This document shows positions 1-13,544 of a stretch of DNA of 64,000 nucleotides, piece after piece. The stretch comes from the human T2T-CHM13v2.0 reference genome, Homo sapiens. The translations under genes were made by a program, and so were the position numbers. Location: assembly GCF_009914755.1 (NCBI RefSeq), contig NC_060928.1. One strand, given 5' to 3'. The first letter of the stretch is position 1; each line of letters opens with the position of its first letter. The notes under the pieces were generated by a model, which saw nothing but the letters and a program-made list of their open reading frames with translations, had not been told where the DNA came from and did no database searches.

Positions 1-84
1 AAGCTAATAGAAAGGCATGAGGTACCTCTTGAAGATGATAAAGAGAATAAACTGAAGAACATTCAAAATTGAACACTGATGAAA
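1..84 (-). other. Candidate exon of the minus-strand host gene (runs off the window edge)
   Basis: Minus-strand acceptor attattttgtag|TTTCATCAG at 84/85. One frame is open to the edge (SSVFNFECSSVYSLYHLQEVPHAFLLA). No donor is visible. Confidence 0.3.
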
Positions 85-373
85 CTACAAAATAATTCTT
101 CCATTTTCTCAGTTTAGTAAACCCATTGAATTTTAATTCAATGAAATATATCTCTTATCAAAGGCAAAGTCAAAGTTTTAATATTGCTTGTTGCCATGGT
201 CTGTGAGTTGATTTCAACACAACACACTTTCAGAGAATGGACATTACACAAATAATCCAAAAAACACCAATGTTAATTGTTTAAGAGTGATATGATAAAA
301 ATAAAACTACTCTATTTTATAGTCACCTTAATCACTTTGCCCAAATGAATACAAACATCTTTATATCTCTCTC

Positions 374-640
374 TTTTTTTTTTTTTGGTCACCCAGGCTG
401 AGTGTAGTCTCTGCTCACTGCAACCTCTGCTGCCTGGGTTCAAGCAATTCTCCTGCCTCAACCTCTGTAGTAGCTGGGATTACAGGCACCTGCCACCGCG
501 CCTGGCCAATTTTTGTAGTTTTAGTAGAGACGGGGTATCACCATCTTGGCCAGGCTGGTCTTGAACTCCTGACCTCATGATCCATCCACCTCAGCCTCCC
601 AAAGTACTTGGATTATAGGCCTGAGCCACCACAACCGGCC
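374..640 (-). mobile_element. Alu SINE (AluS-like, small deletions)
   Basis: Poly-T followed by reverse-complement Alu (ctcactgcaacctctgc...cctcccaaagt...gagccacc...ggcc). Confidence 0.95.
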
Positions 641-1694
641 TATGTATCTCTTTATAGTTCTTACAATGATTTTCCGATTACAAAAAACCTTCTCATACAT
701 AAGTTTTTACCAGCTAAAACAACAAATAAAAACTAATTGTATCATGCACACTTAATTATTATGAAAACAGAATTAGTTGTCACAATAAATAAGGGTCATC
801 ATATAATATCTTGTCTAAACAATACATTTTTGAGAATAAAAGAGAGTGATGTTATTAATTATGTCAGACAAACAGACATAAACTGTGAATATCCCCAGAA
901 AAACTGGACACTATAATTTTCCTAATGACAACATAAACCTTCAATACAAATCTTTTGAGTCTAAATACTATTTTCTTTCCACTATATTACACTACTCCAG
1001 GAAAATTTTCAACCTGGATGTTTGTGTGATTAATTCACAAGTGTATATTTTCCTATTGCCTCTTTATTCAACTCAGCCCACTGAGTGTAACTTTTTCTTT
1101 GTTTTCGTAAACTTGGCAATAGCTGTTATATTTACAGTACTTTATCTTAAAATAGGTAAAACAACAAAAACAGTAACAATCCTAATAACTTTAATAACTA
1201 ATATGATCCAATAACAGTTTTACTGCTTTTCAGTGGGTTATTTGTGGGGTGTTTCTAATATTACCAATGAAGTAAGAGACATCTTTACCAATTATTAATG
1301 ATTTGCTGGATTCTGGCTTCACTCCACTGCTTGAATCAGTAGGGTTAACATTAATTCTACTTCAGATTATAAATACCGTTCCCGAATTTGATACTCTTAA
1401 AAAGTGGTAAATTTCATATTAACTTAGAGAAGACAAGAGATCATTCCAAATGTGTTCACTGATGAGGGTTAAAAATATGAAAAACTGAATCTTCATTAAA
1501 GTACACATTTCATATCCCTCACAATGAATTCAATTTTCACACATATATTCATTTAATTATTTGATTACTTAGTTTTTAAAGTATCTGCGCATAATTTAAT
1601 TAATAAAATCACTTTTTTTGCCAAAGCTTCTGTTTGTTTCTTGTTTTTTTTGTTGTTGTTGTTTTGGTTTGGTTTAGTTCATTTGTTTGTTTTA

Positions 1695-1765
1695 ACTACT
1701 GTATCTCCTAACACATAGCACAGTGCCTCACACATAATAGACATTCAATAAATATTTGCTGACTG
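1695..1765 (+). mobile_element. L2 3'-end fragment
   Basis: agcacagtgcctcacacataatagacattcaataaatatttgctga resembles the L2 terminus. Confidence 0.6.
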
Positions 1766-2216
1766 GCTAAACTGCCTAAGAAAAAAGTTTATATTTCACC
1801 TGCAAACATATTTACAAATAAAATTTGGTGGATAAAAAGGGTAATGTAAGGGTTGGTTTCTGAACTACCATTGCTTACTGAAGGCCACTGTGTTAAGAAC
1901 TGACTGAGATCCCCCATATTCTACAAAAAGACACCAGCAACTGATTACCGTGTCATAAAATCTGTTTCTATGGAATAGAGTTATATTAAATTCATACTTG
2001 GAATTAATTCACCATGATATATGAGATCCCTGAAATAAAACTAGCAACTTCAAAAAAGTATCATATACATGAAGAAATTATTTTTTCCTTTCTGAAGTCA
2101 AAAGTCAAATATTGTTTTAAAAATAAAATGCCATTTTCTTGGCTTGACTTGGGAAAAACGTGTATACTAATCATTAACAAATTTGATATTTTTCTCTTCA
2201 CAATTCCCCTCCTCAC

Positions 2217-2431
2217 CACAATTCCAAGATGAAAACTTTTTTTAGATGGCCTTTTTCTGTGCTGGATGTGGGGTTTGAAAGGTAATGTTTAGAACTGATA
2301 TTCTGGTGTGGTACGGCAGTACAATATAGTAGCACCATTATGATAAAGAGCATGCCAGTAAGGATGACCCAGACAGAAGAATATAATGATGAAGAAAGTT
2401 TTGAGACAAAAACAAACCTTAACATGATTTG
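2217..2431 (-). other. Candidate 215-nt exon
   Basis: Minus strand cattatttag|CAAATC...GAATTGTG|gtgagg. One frame is open throughout (ORF 2213..2425). The acceptor pyrimidine tract is weak. Confidence 0.3.
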
Positions 2432-2834
2432 CTAAATAATGTCTATAATCCTCTGTTCCTTTATAATTGCTCCAATTATAAAACTAGCCTTCAAAATTCC
2501 TCAAGTATGTTAAACTTCTGAACCAACTACTTAAAAACCAAAGTTACGTTTGATCCTTTTAAACCAATGGCTTGAGAAAGTTTTGAGAATCTGATGAAAG
2601 CTATGGATGGTCAAATCAGAAAATTATATATCTGTACAATCTAAAATTATATACACTCTCAGTGTTCACACAATAGAATATAATTTCAAAATATTCACCA
2701 GACCCCAAGAAGCCATCTACAAACCACTTTATCTATGAAATGAAGGTTAAGAACCCTTTCTCCAAAAATAACTTTTTCATCATGAAGCAAAACAATGGAT
2801 AAATTTTTCACTTTAGGATTAGAAGATACATGTG

Positions 2835-2862
2835 CACACACACACACACACACACACACACG
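2835..2862. repeat. (CA)n microsatellite
   Basis: Read directly from the sequence. Confidence 0.95.
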
Positions 2863-3595
2863 CAGATACAAACACATACACAAAGTGGTCCAGCATGAAC
2901 ACAGGGGTATCATTTCACATACTTCCAACGTAACTCTATAAAATTAGTTGATATACTGTCAGGAAAAACGCATATCCAATGTCTAATTTAGAACAATCTA
3001 GGAATTCTTTATATTACATAATTTTAAAAATTATTAACTTTTCTGGAGAAATTTAAAAAGCTTTTTATCAGAAAATGTATATAGAAAAGAATATAGTAGA
3101 TAACTCAATTGTACATCCTTAAAAGGATGAATTTACTCCAATAGTTTTTAAGGGAAAATGACAAAAGCTGTTAACAATTTGGGGCCATCTAGAATGAGCC
3201 AGAAACTGTTAGTCACTCATGTGAATTATCTTAAAGCTATACTGTAAAAGACACTACCATCACCACTCTACCAATTAGAAAACTTCTAACTAGATTAAGA
3301 CATTATGAACAAAGAGGAGAAAAAAGTAATAAAAATCGTGAACCCCACCAGGGAGGAAGGTCCAAACCACAGGCATAGATTGATGACAAAGCTGCTTCCT
3401 TCTCTGGCAACAGTAAACAGTACCCTTGGGGTGAGTTGTAGCAGAAGTTCATATGTTTTAAAATGAGCAGTGGTTTTCTTGAGCGATGTAGGTGGGTCAG
3501 GTAGCATAAAATAGATTTAATTTGATCCTCGTTCTTGTTTTGATTAAGTTAATAGTGCTTCGTTTAACAAAACACCATAAAAAGTTTTCCTCTAC

Positions 3596-3985
3596 TTTTT
3601 TTTAAATTTTATTATTATTATACTTTAAGTTTTAGGGTACATGTGCACAACGTGCAGGTTTGTTACATATGTATACATGTGCCATGTTGGTGTGCTGCAC
3701 CCATTAACGTGTCATTTAGCATTAGGTATATCTCCTAAGGCTATCCCTCTCCACTGCCCCCACCCGAGGACAGTCCCCAGTGTGTGATGTCCCCCTTCCT
3801 GTGTCCATGTGTTCTCATTGTTCAATTCCCACCCATGAGTGAGAACATGCAGTGTTTGGTTTTTTGTCCTTGCGATAGTTTGCTGAGAATGATGGTTTCC
3901 AGTTTCATCCATGTCCCTACAAAGGACATGAACTCATCATTTTTTATGGCTGCATAGTATTCCATTGTGTGTATGTGCCACATTT
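3596..3985 (-). mobile_element. L1PA (primate LINE-1) 3' end, 5'-truncated
   Basis: tatactttaagttttagggtacatgtgcacaacgtgcagg...; the minus frame gives the ORF2 C-terminus MWHIHTMEYYAAIKNDEFMSFVGTWMKLETIILSKLSQ. Confidence 0.97.
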
Positions 3986-4124
3986 TTTTTCTTTTTAACA
4001 GCAAAAAAAGCTCATTTGGTCAGACTGAAAAGTAGTAACAAACACAAGGATTGCATATGTTGTATTTTTTAGTTCCTAAGGAACTGTTGAAATGACATAA
4101 TTAAAATCTTTCACCAGACTTACT

Positions 4125-4330
4125 TTAACATATCTCTCACCTCTACACAGTTACCATGTGCAGTGGGTGGGGGGACGTGTGTGGGTGTGTGCGTGTGTGT
4201 GTGTGTTTATTTAAGATCTATCCTCTTAGCCAATTTCATGCATACACTACATTATTGTAACTATTGCCCCAATTGGTACATTAAGTGTCATTTCATCCTG
4301 AAACTTTGTACCATTTGACCAATACCATCA
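4125..4330 (-). mobile_element. Old L1M (L1MA/MB-like) 3' fragment
   Basis: atttaagatctatcctcttagccaatttca...ctgaaactttgtaccatttgaccaata. Confidence 0.6.
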
Positions 4331-4544
4331 GACCTTCTATTTCATAAAGGATATTAAAGAAAGTTTAAAAAAATAACCAGTACTATCTATATTTAAGTAT
4401 TATATACACAATCTAATTTTTTGCTTAACATTAATTAAAACAGTTTTTCTTGACAATAGTATTGTAAATAGGTTCTCTCCTGTAATCCATTAGTGAGCAC
4501 AGTACAGTAAATGCATGGTAAAATGGTATACAGTGAATGCATCT

Positions 4545-4602
4545 CTAATCTTCCTTGGAGTCAGACTCATATAATGCTCTGGAATCATCATCACGTCTGT
4601 AC
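4545..4602 (-). CDS. Candidate terminal exon coding part (R)YRRDDDSRALYESDSKED*
   Basis: Pyrimidine tract plus cag-tag-cag acceptor; continues in frame from the 22-nt exon 5251-5272; followed by AT-rich UTR-like sequence. Confidence 0.35.
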
Positions 4603-5250
4603 CTGCTACTGAGTGTTGTAAGTGGAATGGAGAAGACAGTTAATAACTGGGATCGCCTTATTTTTCACTTACTCCTTTCCATAAAGAAGTGTAACAATGG
4701 AGTACGTTATAAAAAAAGTAGAGTATAATAGGCATCCTTATAAAGGGGTTATACTATAATTTTTTTAATATTTCATTTTAAAATCAGTAATTAAATATGT
4801 TAGCATGAATATTAAGCTGAAATTTTTAATAAATCATGTATGGATCATATTCTAAGTAGATCTAGATTTTATAATTACATATAAATATGCAGTCAACAAT
4901 CAACAAATACTCATTGACAGGGCATACAACCTGCAGCCAGCCTGCTGCATTGAAGCCCCGGCCCTTTGCTCTACACATACCAGTGCAATCTACGTGAACG
5001 ACAGAGCTCTAGGCAATAATGCCAGGTGATACTTCTTTCTCTTAAACTAAGTGACTTTTAAAAGCATGCAATGTCTTCACATTCACAATCTTTAAGATTT
5101 GTTTTTGCTTCAGGAGATGGTGGTAATGGGTGATGGTCATGGTAGTGAAAGGGGTGCGCACAGAGCTATGTTAACATCACCAAAGCCAAGTGTACTTATC
5201 TGTCAATTCAAGAGTATTCATGTATCAATTCTCCCACACCCTGTTGTTAC

Positions 5251-5272
5251 CTTAAGAAGAGCGGCAGGTCAT
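5251..5272 (-). CDS. Candidate 22-nt microexon ATGACCTGCCGCTCTTCTTAAG
   Basis: Minus strand tctctaatctttttctag|...AAG|gtaaca, with a branch-like CTAAT and a TGCATG 180 nt downstream (plus-strand catgca 5065-5070). Confidence 0.5.
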
Positions 5273-5525
5273 CTAGAAAAAGATTAGAGAATTGAAAAAT
5301 AATCAACACAACCTCATGAGCTTCATATTTTAAGTGACTTATCGCTCCTGCTGTTCACGAACTTGTGATACCACTAGGTTTCATACTGTTTTCATATTAA
5401 ACAAAGCTCACAAAACTGAAAATATGAAACCCCAAACAAAGGAATTGATCGGAGTGCTAAGAATTTATGTAAGTGTAAAAGAAAAAATGTGGAAGTTAGA
5501 TTCAAATTTAAAAAGACCAAATCAA

Positions 5526-5762
5526 TTTTTTGTTTGTTTTTTTTGAGACAGAGTCTTGCTCTGTCGCCCGGGCTGTAGTACAGGGCCCAATGTTGGCTCA
5601 CTGCAACCTCCACTTCTTGGGTTCAAGCGATTCTTGTGCCTCAGCCTCCCCAGTAGCTGGGATTAAAGGTGTGCACCACCACACCCAGCTGGCCTCAAGT
5701 GAACCACCTACCTTGGCCTCCCAAAGTGCTGGGAATACAAGTGTGAGCCACCGCACCCAGCC
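5526..5762 (-). mobile_element. Alu SINE with internal deletion
   Basis: Reverse Alu; target-site duplication (TSD) AAGACCAAATCA on both sides; central linker region missing. Confidence 0.95.
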
Positions 5763-6799
5763 AAGACCAAATCACTTGATTCACTGACAAAAGTAATGTG
5801 ATAAAAGGAGATTAAATACTTTTTGACAAAAAATGCAGTATATTAAATCCTATGAATGTCACAAATCTGAAAGTTTTAGTGACAATCATACCTGTCACCA
5901 AAAATAAAGGCGAGCATTTTGAAACTTCAAATGAAATATTTATGTAATGCAAAATTAATTGTTGAGTCGGAAACTAAATCTTTCACAGGTCACTTTAAAG
6001 TCAAAGAAGATTTTAGTGCTGGAAAAATAAATTGTTCTGAAAGAGTCCTGTGTGAACACTACCCATTAAGGATTATCTGTCACCAACATTTAAAACAACA
6101 AAGAAAGGCTCAGTACATCTGGTAGAAGATCAACCTAGTGATGCTTTACGATGAACAAAAACATCCTAGGAAAACCCAAAGAGGATATGTAAAAGCAACT
6201 CTCCCAAAATTCGAAGCATACTATCTTTTAGTATCACTTAAAACAGCAAGCAATACAGACATTTTCAACTGTTTTCTATTTCAACTGTTTCTATTATAAA
6301 ACTGTTATAACAGTTTTCTATCAGTGAACCACCTGCTAGTTCTTAATTGACCTTTTAATGGCTATATTTTATTGTGTTACTGGCAGCACTTCTTACTTCC
6401 TTTACTATCTTAGATATTCTATAGAACTGTATCCTTTTATACCTGCAGTTGGTTCTTCTTCAAGATTCTATCCTCCGTCTTCTTTCTATAATCATAAATC
6501 CTTGGTGTTCTCAAGTACTTTCACAAACACATCCTCTTTAAATCTATAGCAATAGCTCAGAACTCTTTTTCAAACCACAAAATCACATTCCAAAATGTCC
6601 CAAACTCAATATATCCTACTGCAAACTCACGATCAGTTTAGGAACTCTAGTTTCTCCTCTACATTAGTTTCTAATTTCAATTAATGGAATCACTATTTCA
6701 CTGCCAGTAAGCCTCAAAATCTGATAATTTTTTTACTTGAACTTCTGTTGATGAAGAGATCTTCAATTTAATATAATTAGGTTTTAAATAAAAATGACC

Positions 6800-7166
<367 letters not shown>

Positions 7167-8835
7167 TTAGCTTTCTCATACAGTAATCCTCCTCTTCTCT
7201 AAGAAAACCTCAGTTTTCCAGCCCTTCAACGCAAGAGTTTTGTAATTTTTAATCAATACTTCATTTAATCAATACTACATTTGTGTACCACTGGATATTG
7301 AACTAAAATTGAAACAAATTTTCTATAATAAAATGAATACTGATAATTTCATACTTTCTTAAAGAATCAGCTGAGGAAATAAAAATATTCCACCAAATAT
7401 GCCTATTCGTGTCTTTTTAAATTAAACATTTCAGTGAACAAGATTGAGAATAATACTGGTTCTGATTTGACTTTATTCCTTAAGCATTGTTATGGTTTTT
7501 GTCACACACACATACACAAATAAATATTTTAATTTTAATACAGTCAAATTCTGAGTCTTTTGTATCTAATTTAAGAAAATATAACTCTCATAATGTCAAA
7601 TAGATATTATTGTACATTTAACTCCCAAACTTAAAAAAAAAACCCAGCTTTTTTTTATGGTACATGTATTTTCCCATATTGATGGCTAAGATTCTAAATA
7701 TCACTTACTGTAAGGTTCAGACTTTCCCCATTCTCTGTTTCATGTATCACAATGAAAATTAAGAAAACTAAGATCATGGTTAGTAGCCAGCAATAAATTA
7801 AGAATCCACTTAACCGAAGTGATTCATTTACTTCCCCACTTCATCTCTCTAACATGTCTTCTTCCTTTCAACTCTTTCTATATATTTATAACACTTTAAC
7901 AAGTTTTTTCTCTTATTAGCTTAATAGGATTTTTTTTCCTCTCCTTCCACCTCTTACCCATGTATTGCCTCCAAAGGAATTTCATCAGAAAATAAATCTT
8001 AAAGTGTTTCAAAACAGACAATATTTCATAACATTAGAAAACCACAAGGCTGAAGTGAATTTAAGGAGACATTTTTGTCTTAAGTCTTGAATGAAAAGAT
8101 GAGGACCTGATATATTATTATCTTCTACTTCATAGAGAGTTTCCTTTATTCTGTTTCTATGGAATTAACTCTTCTCTATAATTCCTGAACAAAGTATTAT
8201 CCCTGTTGTATTTAAATGGATCTTCTCCTCCTCACTTATAAATAAATTAATATTACGAAGACACTTCCACAAGGCTTATTAATCCAAATTTATTTAATAC
8301 GAAATACAGGATGAGTGCTTCAAAAGAAATGTTCAACCCTAAGCCGTTGATGTATAAACACTACAGAAGATTAAAAATCCTTTTAACACACAGTTATTTC
8401 CTAAAAGTAACTAAGTGACTTTCTCACTGATACATGTTCACACAGTTTTCCAAAGTTGAAATCAGTTATAGTGTAATGTATTTGTATACTATGTCTTGCT
8501 ATAGTTAGAGGATCAAAAAAAGCTATTCTCTGTAAAGCGATTGGAAAGTTTCATTAAAGAAGCTGCACAAAGGAAAACTTAAAGTTTAAAAGAGAGTAAA
8601 AAACATTGAATGCTGAGTGGTTCAAAACACTAAAAGTTAATGCAGAGAGAAAATCCTATGGGCAAACAAAATGATTCTTCACAAGCAGGAGCTTTTTATA
8701 TAGAGTCTGGTGCAGGAAAAACAATGTGAAAAGGAAAAGGCTATAATCCTTCGTATTCCTTCCTATTAACTGCTCAGTTTATAGGAGCAGCTGCAACTTC
8801 TATTAGTAGATGCCAAGACAGGGGTTTTAATCAGC

Positions 8836-8878
8836 TTATAATGGGAAGTGCGCAAGAAACTCCTTGAAAATATTAGCA
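8836..8878 (-). CDS. Candidate alternative terminal exon coding part (ANIFKEFLAHFPL*)
   Basis: Strong acceptor gccattcatttctgttttag|TGCT; short frame ending in TAA, compatible with a phase-2 upstream exon. Confidence 0.25.
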
Positions 8879-10497
8879 CTAAAACAGAAATGAATGGCAG
8901 GAACTGGAACAAAACTAGAGAATTTATAGATAAACAGGCCTAAAAGGGATTAGATTTATTTTTCCCCCCCTGGCAAAGACTGCAGATCGAGAAAACTAGC
9001 AATTATAAGGACCCAGTGAGTCTAACCAAAAAATTAAAGCATTATTCTGAGATTTTGATTTCCAAATTTGACTGAAGATAAGAAATGATGCACATACAAT
9101 CAAAAAGTTAAAATGGGTGAAGAAATACGCCAGGCATAAATGGGTCATGTGTAAAAGACCTTATCTATTATCAATCTCGGCTTATTTTAAAGCCTTCAAC
9201 AATTTTTGCTCAATATGTACATATTTTTATACATAAACTAAATAGAAAATGTGCCTAAAATATTTTATTTCAAATGCAAATTAGTCGAGACACACCTGGG
9301 AATATAATTTATTAAGAAGACTATATTGCTTAGAATATACTATATAAGTACTTTATTGTTGAGCTTAATTAAAAACTATTTTAAAAACATTATTCCAGAT
9401 TAAATTGAGTCTATGGATGACTTATAAGTGTTACAGGACAGTGTATCATATTTAAGTATTCTTGTAAACAAACATTAGAATCCCAGTCATGTTTTGCACA
9501 CAGAAAGATAAAAGTGAACCTGAAGATGTATTGACAGCATGCTTATACTTCTGTACTACTGCTTACTAGATAACGCTAAAGGCTATTTCTCAAATAGTTT
9601 TCCTAATAAATCTATGGTTTTATTGATTCCCAATAAAGCAATGGCAAATTTTAAGGAAAACAAATTAATAAACTAAAGAGCAAACAACAACAACAAAAGA
9701 AAACCTCTTAATAAAAGACTATACACAATGGAAGACGACTAAAACTCTTATTTACCATGATGGATTAAAAATATCAGCTTTGCACACTCTGATTAAACCA
9801 TGACAGTCACAGCTGTTGTCATTTAGTGTGCTTGCCATTTAATATATGCTAATATAATATACTTAAATGTATGTGTGTATGTGTACATAAGCCCAATTTC
9901 AAACAATATGGCAAAGATGTGGATTTCTGAGAAATCCAAGCAATGAAGCTATGGCACAGAAGACAGGCAAACAAGACAAAATCTTCAAATCTAAAAAAAA
10001 GTGATTAAGAATTTACTTTTTCTAGCACATACATTAGCAAACATTATTGGTGGTATTGCTTTGATGCACTCCAATTGGAACACACCATTGACTCAAGGCT
10101 TCAAAGTGCCAGAGTCTGACTTCTTGCCCAAGGGCCCCGGACCCTTAGTACACACTCCTCTCATCCCATCTGAATGCCTGATGCACATCCTTCAGACTCA
10201 CACACTTTGCAACTTAAGCTTATAGGCCTTCATGGTTCTTTAATTAAAGTATGTTTTTAAGTTTCATCTCTTTAACTAGATTAGAAATTACTTAAGCTCA
10301 CAAAATATGTCTTATTATATATTCCAACATTCCATGCTAATTCTGCTGAATAATCTCAAATGACTTGACCTTTGATAAGGAATGCTTCTGTACCAAATAA
10401 ACATTTAAGTACACAACTGTTCTAGGATTGCTAGGAAATTAAAAATTTATTTGTATCCATAGTCTCTTGTTAAAAGTTTTTACATTGTAAGATTGTC

Positions 10498-10785
10498 AGC
10501 CAGGTGCGATGGCTCATGCCTATAATCCCACCCCTTGGGAGGCCAAGGTGGGAGAATCACTTGAGCCCATGAGTTCAAGACCAGTCTGGGCAACACAGTG
10601 AGACCTGATTTCTACTGTAAATAAATAAAATATCTAGGTGTAGTGTTGTACACCTGTAGTCCCAGCTACTCAGGAGACTGAGGGCAGAAGGATCGCCTGA
10701 GCCCAGAAATTTTAGGCTGCAGTATGCTGTGACTGCACCACTGCCGGGACTACAGAGAAAGACCCTGTCTCAAACTAAAAACATA
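10498..10785 (+). mobile_element. AluJ-like SINE
   Basis: Diverged Alu with ttgagccc...gttcaagaccagtctgggcaac. Confidence 0.93.
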
Positions 10786-12361
10786 AGGAAGAAGAATGCT
10801 CATATATAATTCTAAATGTATAATGAGATTACAAAAGACACAAAAGATATATTATTTATTACAAACCCCACTTGCAAGACTAGTGTTTTTCAATTCCTTT
10901 TTACTCATCAACTGTAGGAGCTCACTAGGGACAGGTTTCAGGAAGAACAGTTTGAGAACAGTGCCCACCCCTTACTCCCAAATTCCTGAAGTGATAGTGA
11001 TAGACAATCTCCTTCCAGGTATTTGGTTCCAGAATGATTCTGAACCACTGTTTCTGAAGGTGTGGTAGTTGTACCATTAATTGTTCTTAATATGATTTCA
11101 AGCACTACATAAAAGGGCATGTTCTTCATCTTAATAGTTGATAATTAATAAATATTCAGTATACATAAATCGCATTTTGTTTCCACAGACATTTCCTATA
11201 ACTTCTTTTTGAAATCTATTCATTTAAGAAAAAATTCCTTGCCCAATGTAAGAAAAAATATTTACTGAATAATAGCACAAAAGGATATGGTTTGGTAAAA
11301 GTTGTGACACTATGTAATGCAATTTCTTAAATGTAATATAATGGCTCGAAGGTCCATGAACATGGCACCAGGGCTAATGTGTTCATTGTTTTAATCCCAA
11401 GATCCCTGCCAGAACAGTCCTTGGACTTATTTTGCAATTCACAGCATTTGCTGGAAGAATTGAATTGACAGGTCCTGCCTTTTAAAAGAAATGAAAAATA
11501 TCAGCTTTGAGTAAATGACAGTCCTCTATACAAAGTAATTCAAAGACGACTTACATCCCAGTCCTCCAAAAGATCGTTCCCTTACTCACTAAATTGTCTG
11601 AAGCTATCAAGTCTTTCCTGCTCAAAACACTGAAAGCCCAACCTCATCCATGAATTACAACTATGATCTGGTGTTTATTGTGTCATATGCATATATCATC
11701 ATGTGCAGCAGTAGTTCTCAGGAGACTTACAATACTGATGGCAGTGTGGCATGGTCAAATACTAGACATAAAGTATTTTCTAGAAAATAAACAGCTTTGA
11801 ACATTATCTCTGATACGTGACATTAACTTATGGGATGTTCACAAAATGTCACAGATGATAACATATAGCTGTGTATTATACAGTTAATAAATTGTCTTAA
11901 CCATAATACAAAAGGAAAAAATTAATAGACACCATAAAATTACCTTTTTCATAGAATTAAGAAGGAAAAATATTATAGATCATCAGCTCTGTAATATTTA
12001 TTTGAATAGTCTAACCATTTATTAAATAGCTAGTTTTGAGCACTCCAACTTAAGCCTCTCCTTTGAGAGGCTTAAGTATAAAGTGATTTCTAAGATAGTC
12101 CCTAAAAACGATGAAAACTCAAATATAACTGAAACCTATTACTAGCAAAACAGTCCTTATATGCTTTGCCAAGAATTTCTACAAATAACAAAGTCAATGA
12201 AATTGAAATAAAAAATGAATCAGTAGCCTGCCTATGATTTAGCTCAAGAAACAAAAAAGCCAACACACTTGAGAAAAAGGAAAGAAGATGTTTAACATCT
12301 TCCCTTGAATTGCCTCTTAGCCAAAAACACTGCATTTATAAAAGACTAAATACATTTTCTC

Positions 12362-12666
12362 TTTTTTTAATTTTTTTTTTTTAAATACAGGGTCTCAGTA
12401 TGTTGCCTAGGTTCGTGTGCAGTGGCGCAATCTCAGCTCACTGCAACCTCTACCTATGGGGCTCACACCATCCTCCCACCTCAGCCTCTTGAGTAGCTAG
12501 GACTACAGGTTCACCTCATGATGCCCAGCTAATTTTTGTATTTTTTTGTAGAGAAGGGTTTTTGCCATGGTGTCCAGGCTTGTCTCTAACTCCTGAGCTC
12601 AAGCAATGTGCCCACTCTGGCCTCCCAAAGTGCTGGGATTACAAGCACAAGCTACCAGATCTGGCC
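12362..12666 (-). mobile_element. AluJ-like SINE
   Basis: Poly-T plus reverse Alu (ctcccacctcagcct, ctcctgagctcaagcaat). Confidence 0.93.
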
Positions 12667-13284
12667 TATTTCCCTATTTTAAACATTATTTTTAAATGGC
12701 CAGAGTACTATTCACAACCTCCTATGTGTATGGCCATTCAGATATTGCAATTAACAGGGAAAAAAAGCAAAAATAATTGATGAGTGAAAGAAGAAAGAAA
12801 CAGAGATGGCAGCTGTTAAGCCTGCAGTGCAGGAGGTACACCCGCAAGTTAACTGTTATCAACAGGGTGTATTCAGGGATGATCCTGGTAACTGCATATG
12901 GTGGAATTTGTAGATGTCTATGATGTCACCATATGGAACACAATAACAATCAGAGGCAACAGAGATAAAAGACACCCTGACTTCATTTCATATGATGCTA
13001 GCCACTGAGAACTGGGCTGAATCTAAGCTTATCAACCTTCCTTCTAGTTACAGAGATGGAAAGGGAATATGACCATCACTCATGTGGAAGTTGAGCCATT
13101 AGAAGAAAGTCCACACATCTTATCTGCCAGTAAAAACCTAGTCTCACCAGATGTCTCTTCATTCAAGCAAGGTAAATAGTAAAATAAATATATGAAGACT
13201 ATGAAAAAAATGCTGCAGCACAAGAAAAGGTAATTTTGTCCCGACATATCGGAAAGAAAAACATCTACCTCAAAAGTGATTTAA

Positions 13285-13541
13285 GGCCGGGCGCAGTGGC
13301 TCACGCCTGTAATCCCAGCACTTTGGGAGGCTGAGGTGGGCAGATCACTTGAGGTCAGGAGTTTGAGAACAGACTGGCCAACATGGTGAAACCCCATCTC
13401 TAATAAAAATACAAAAATTAGTCAGGTGTGGTGCTGCACGCCTGTAATCTGAACCTGGGAGGCAGAGGCTGCAGTGAGCCTAGGTTGTACCACTGCATTC
13501 CAGCCTGGGTGACAGAGCAAAACCCTGTTGGGGGGAAAAAA
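13285..13541 (+). mobile_element. AluSx-like SINE with right-arm deletion
   Basis: ggccgggcgcagtggctcacgcc...; TSD AAAAGTGATTT. Confidence 0.96.
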
Positions 13542-13544
13542 AGT

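Noticed and set aside
885-1214. 109-aa plus-strand ORF
   Set aside because: Non-ATG start, AT-rich composition, no recognisable domain; most likely a chance ORF.
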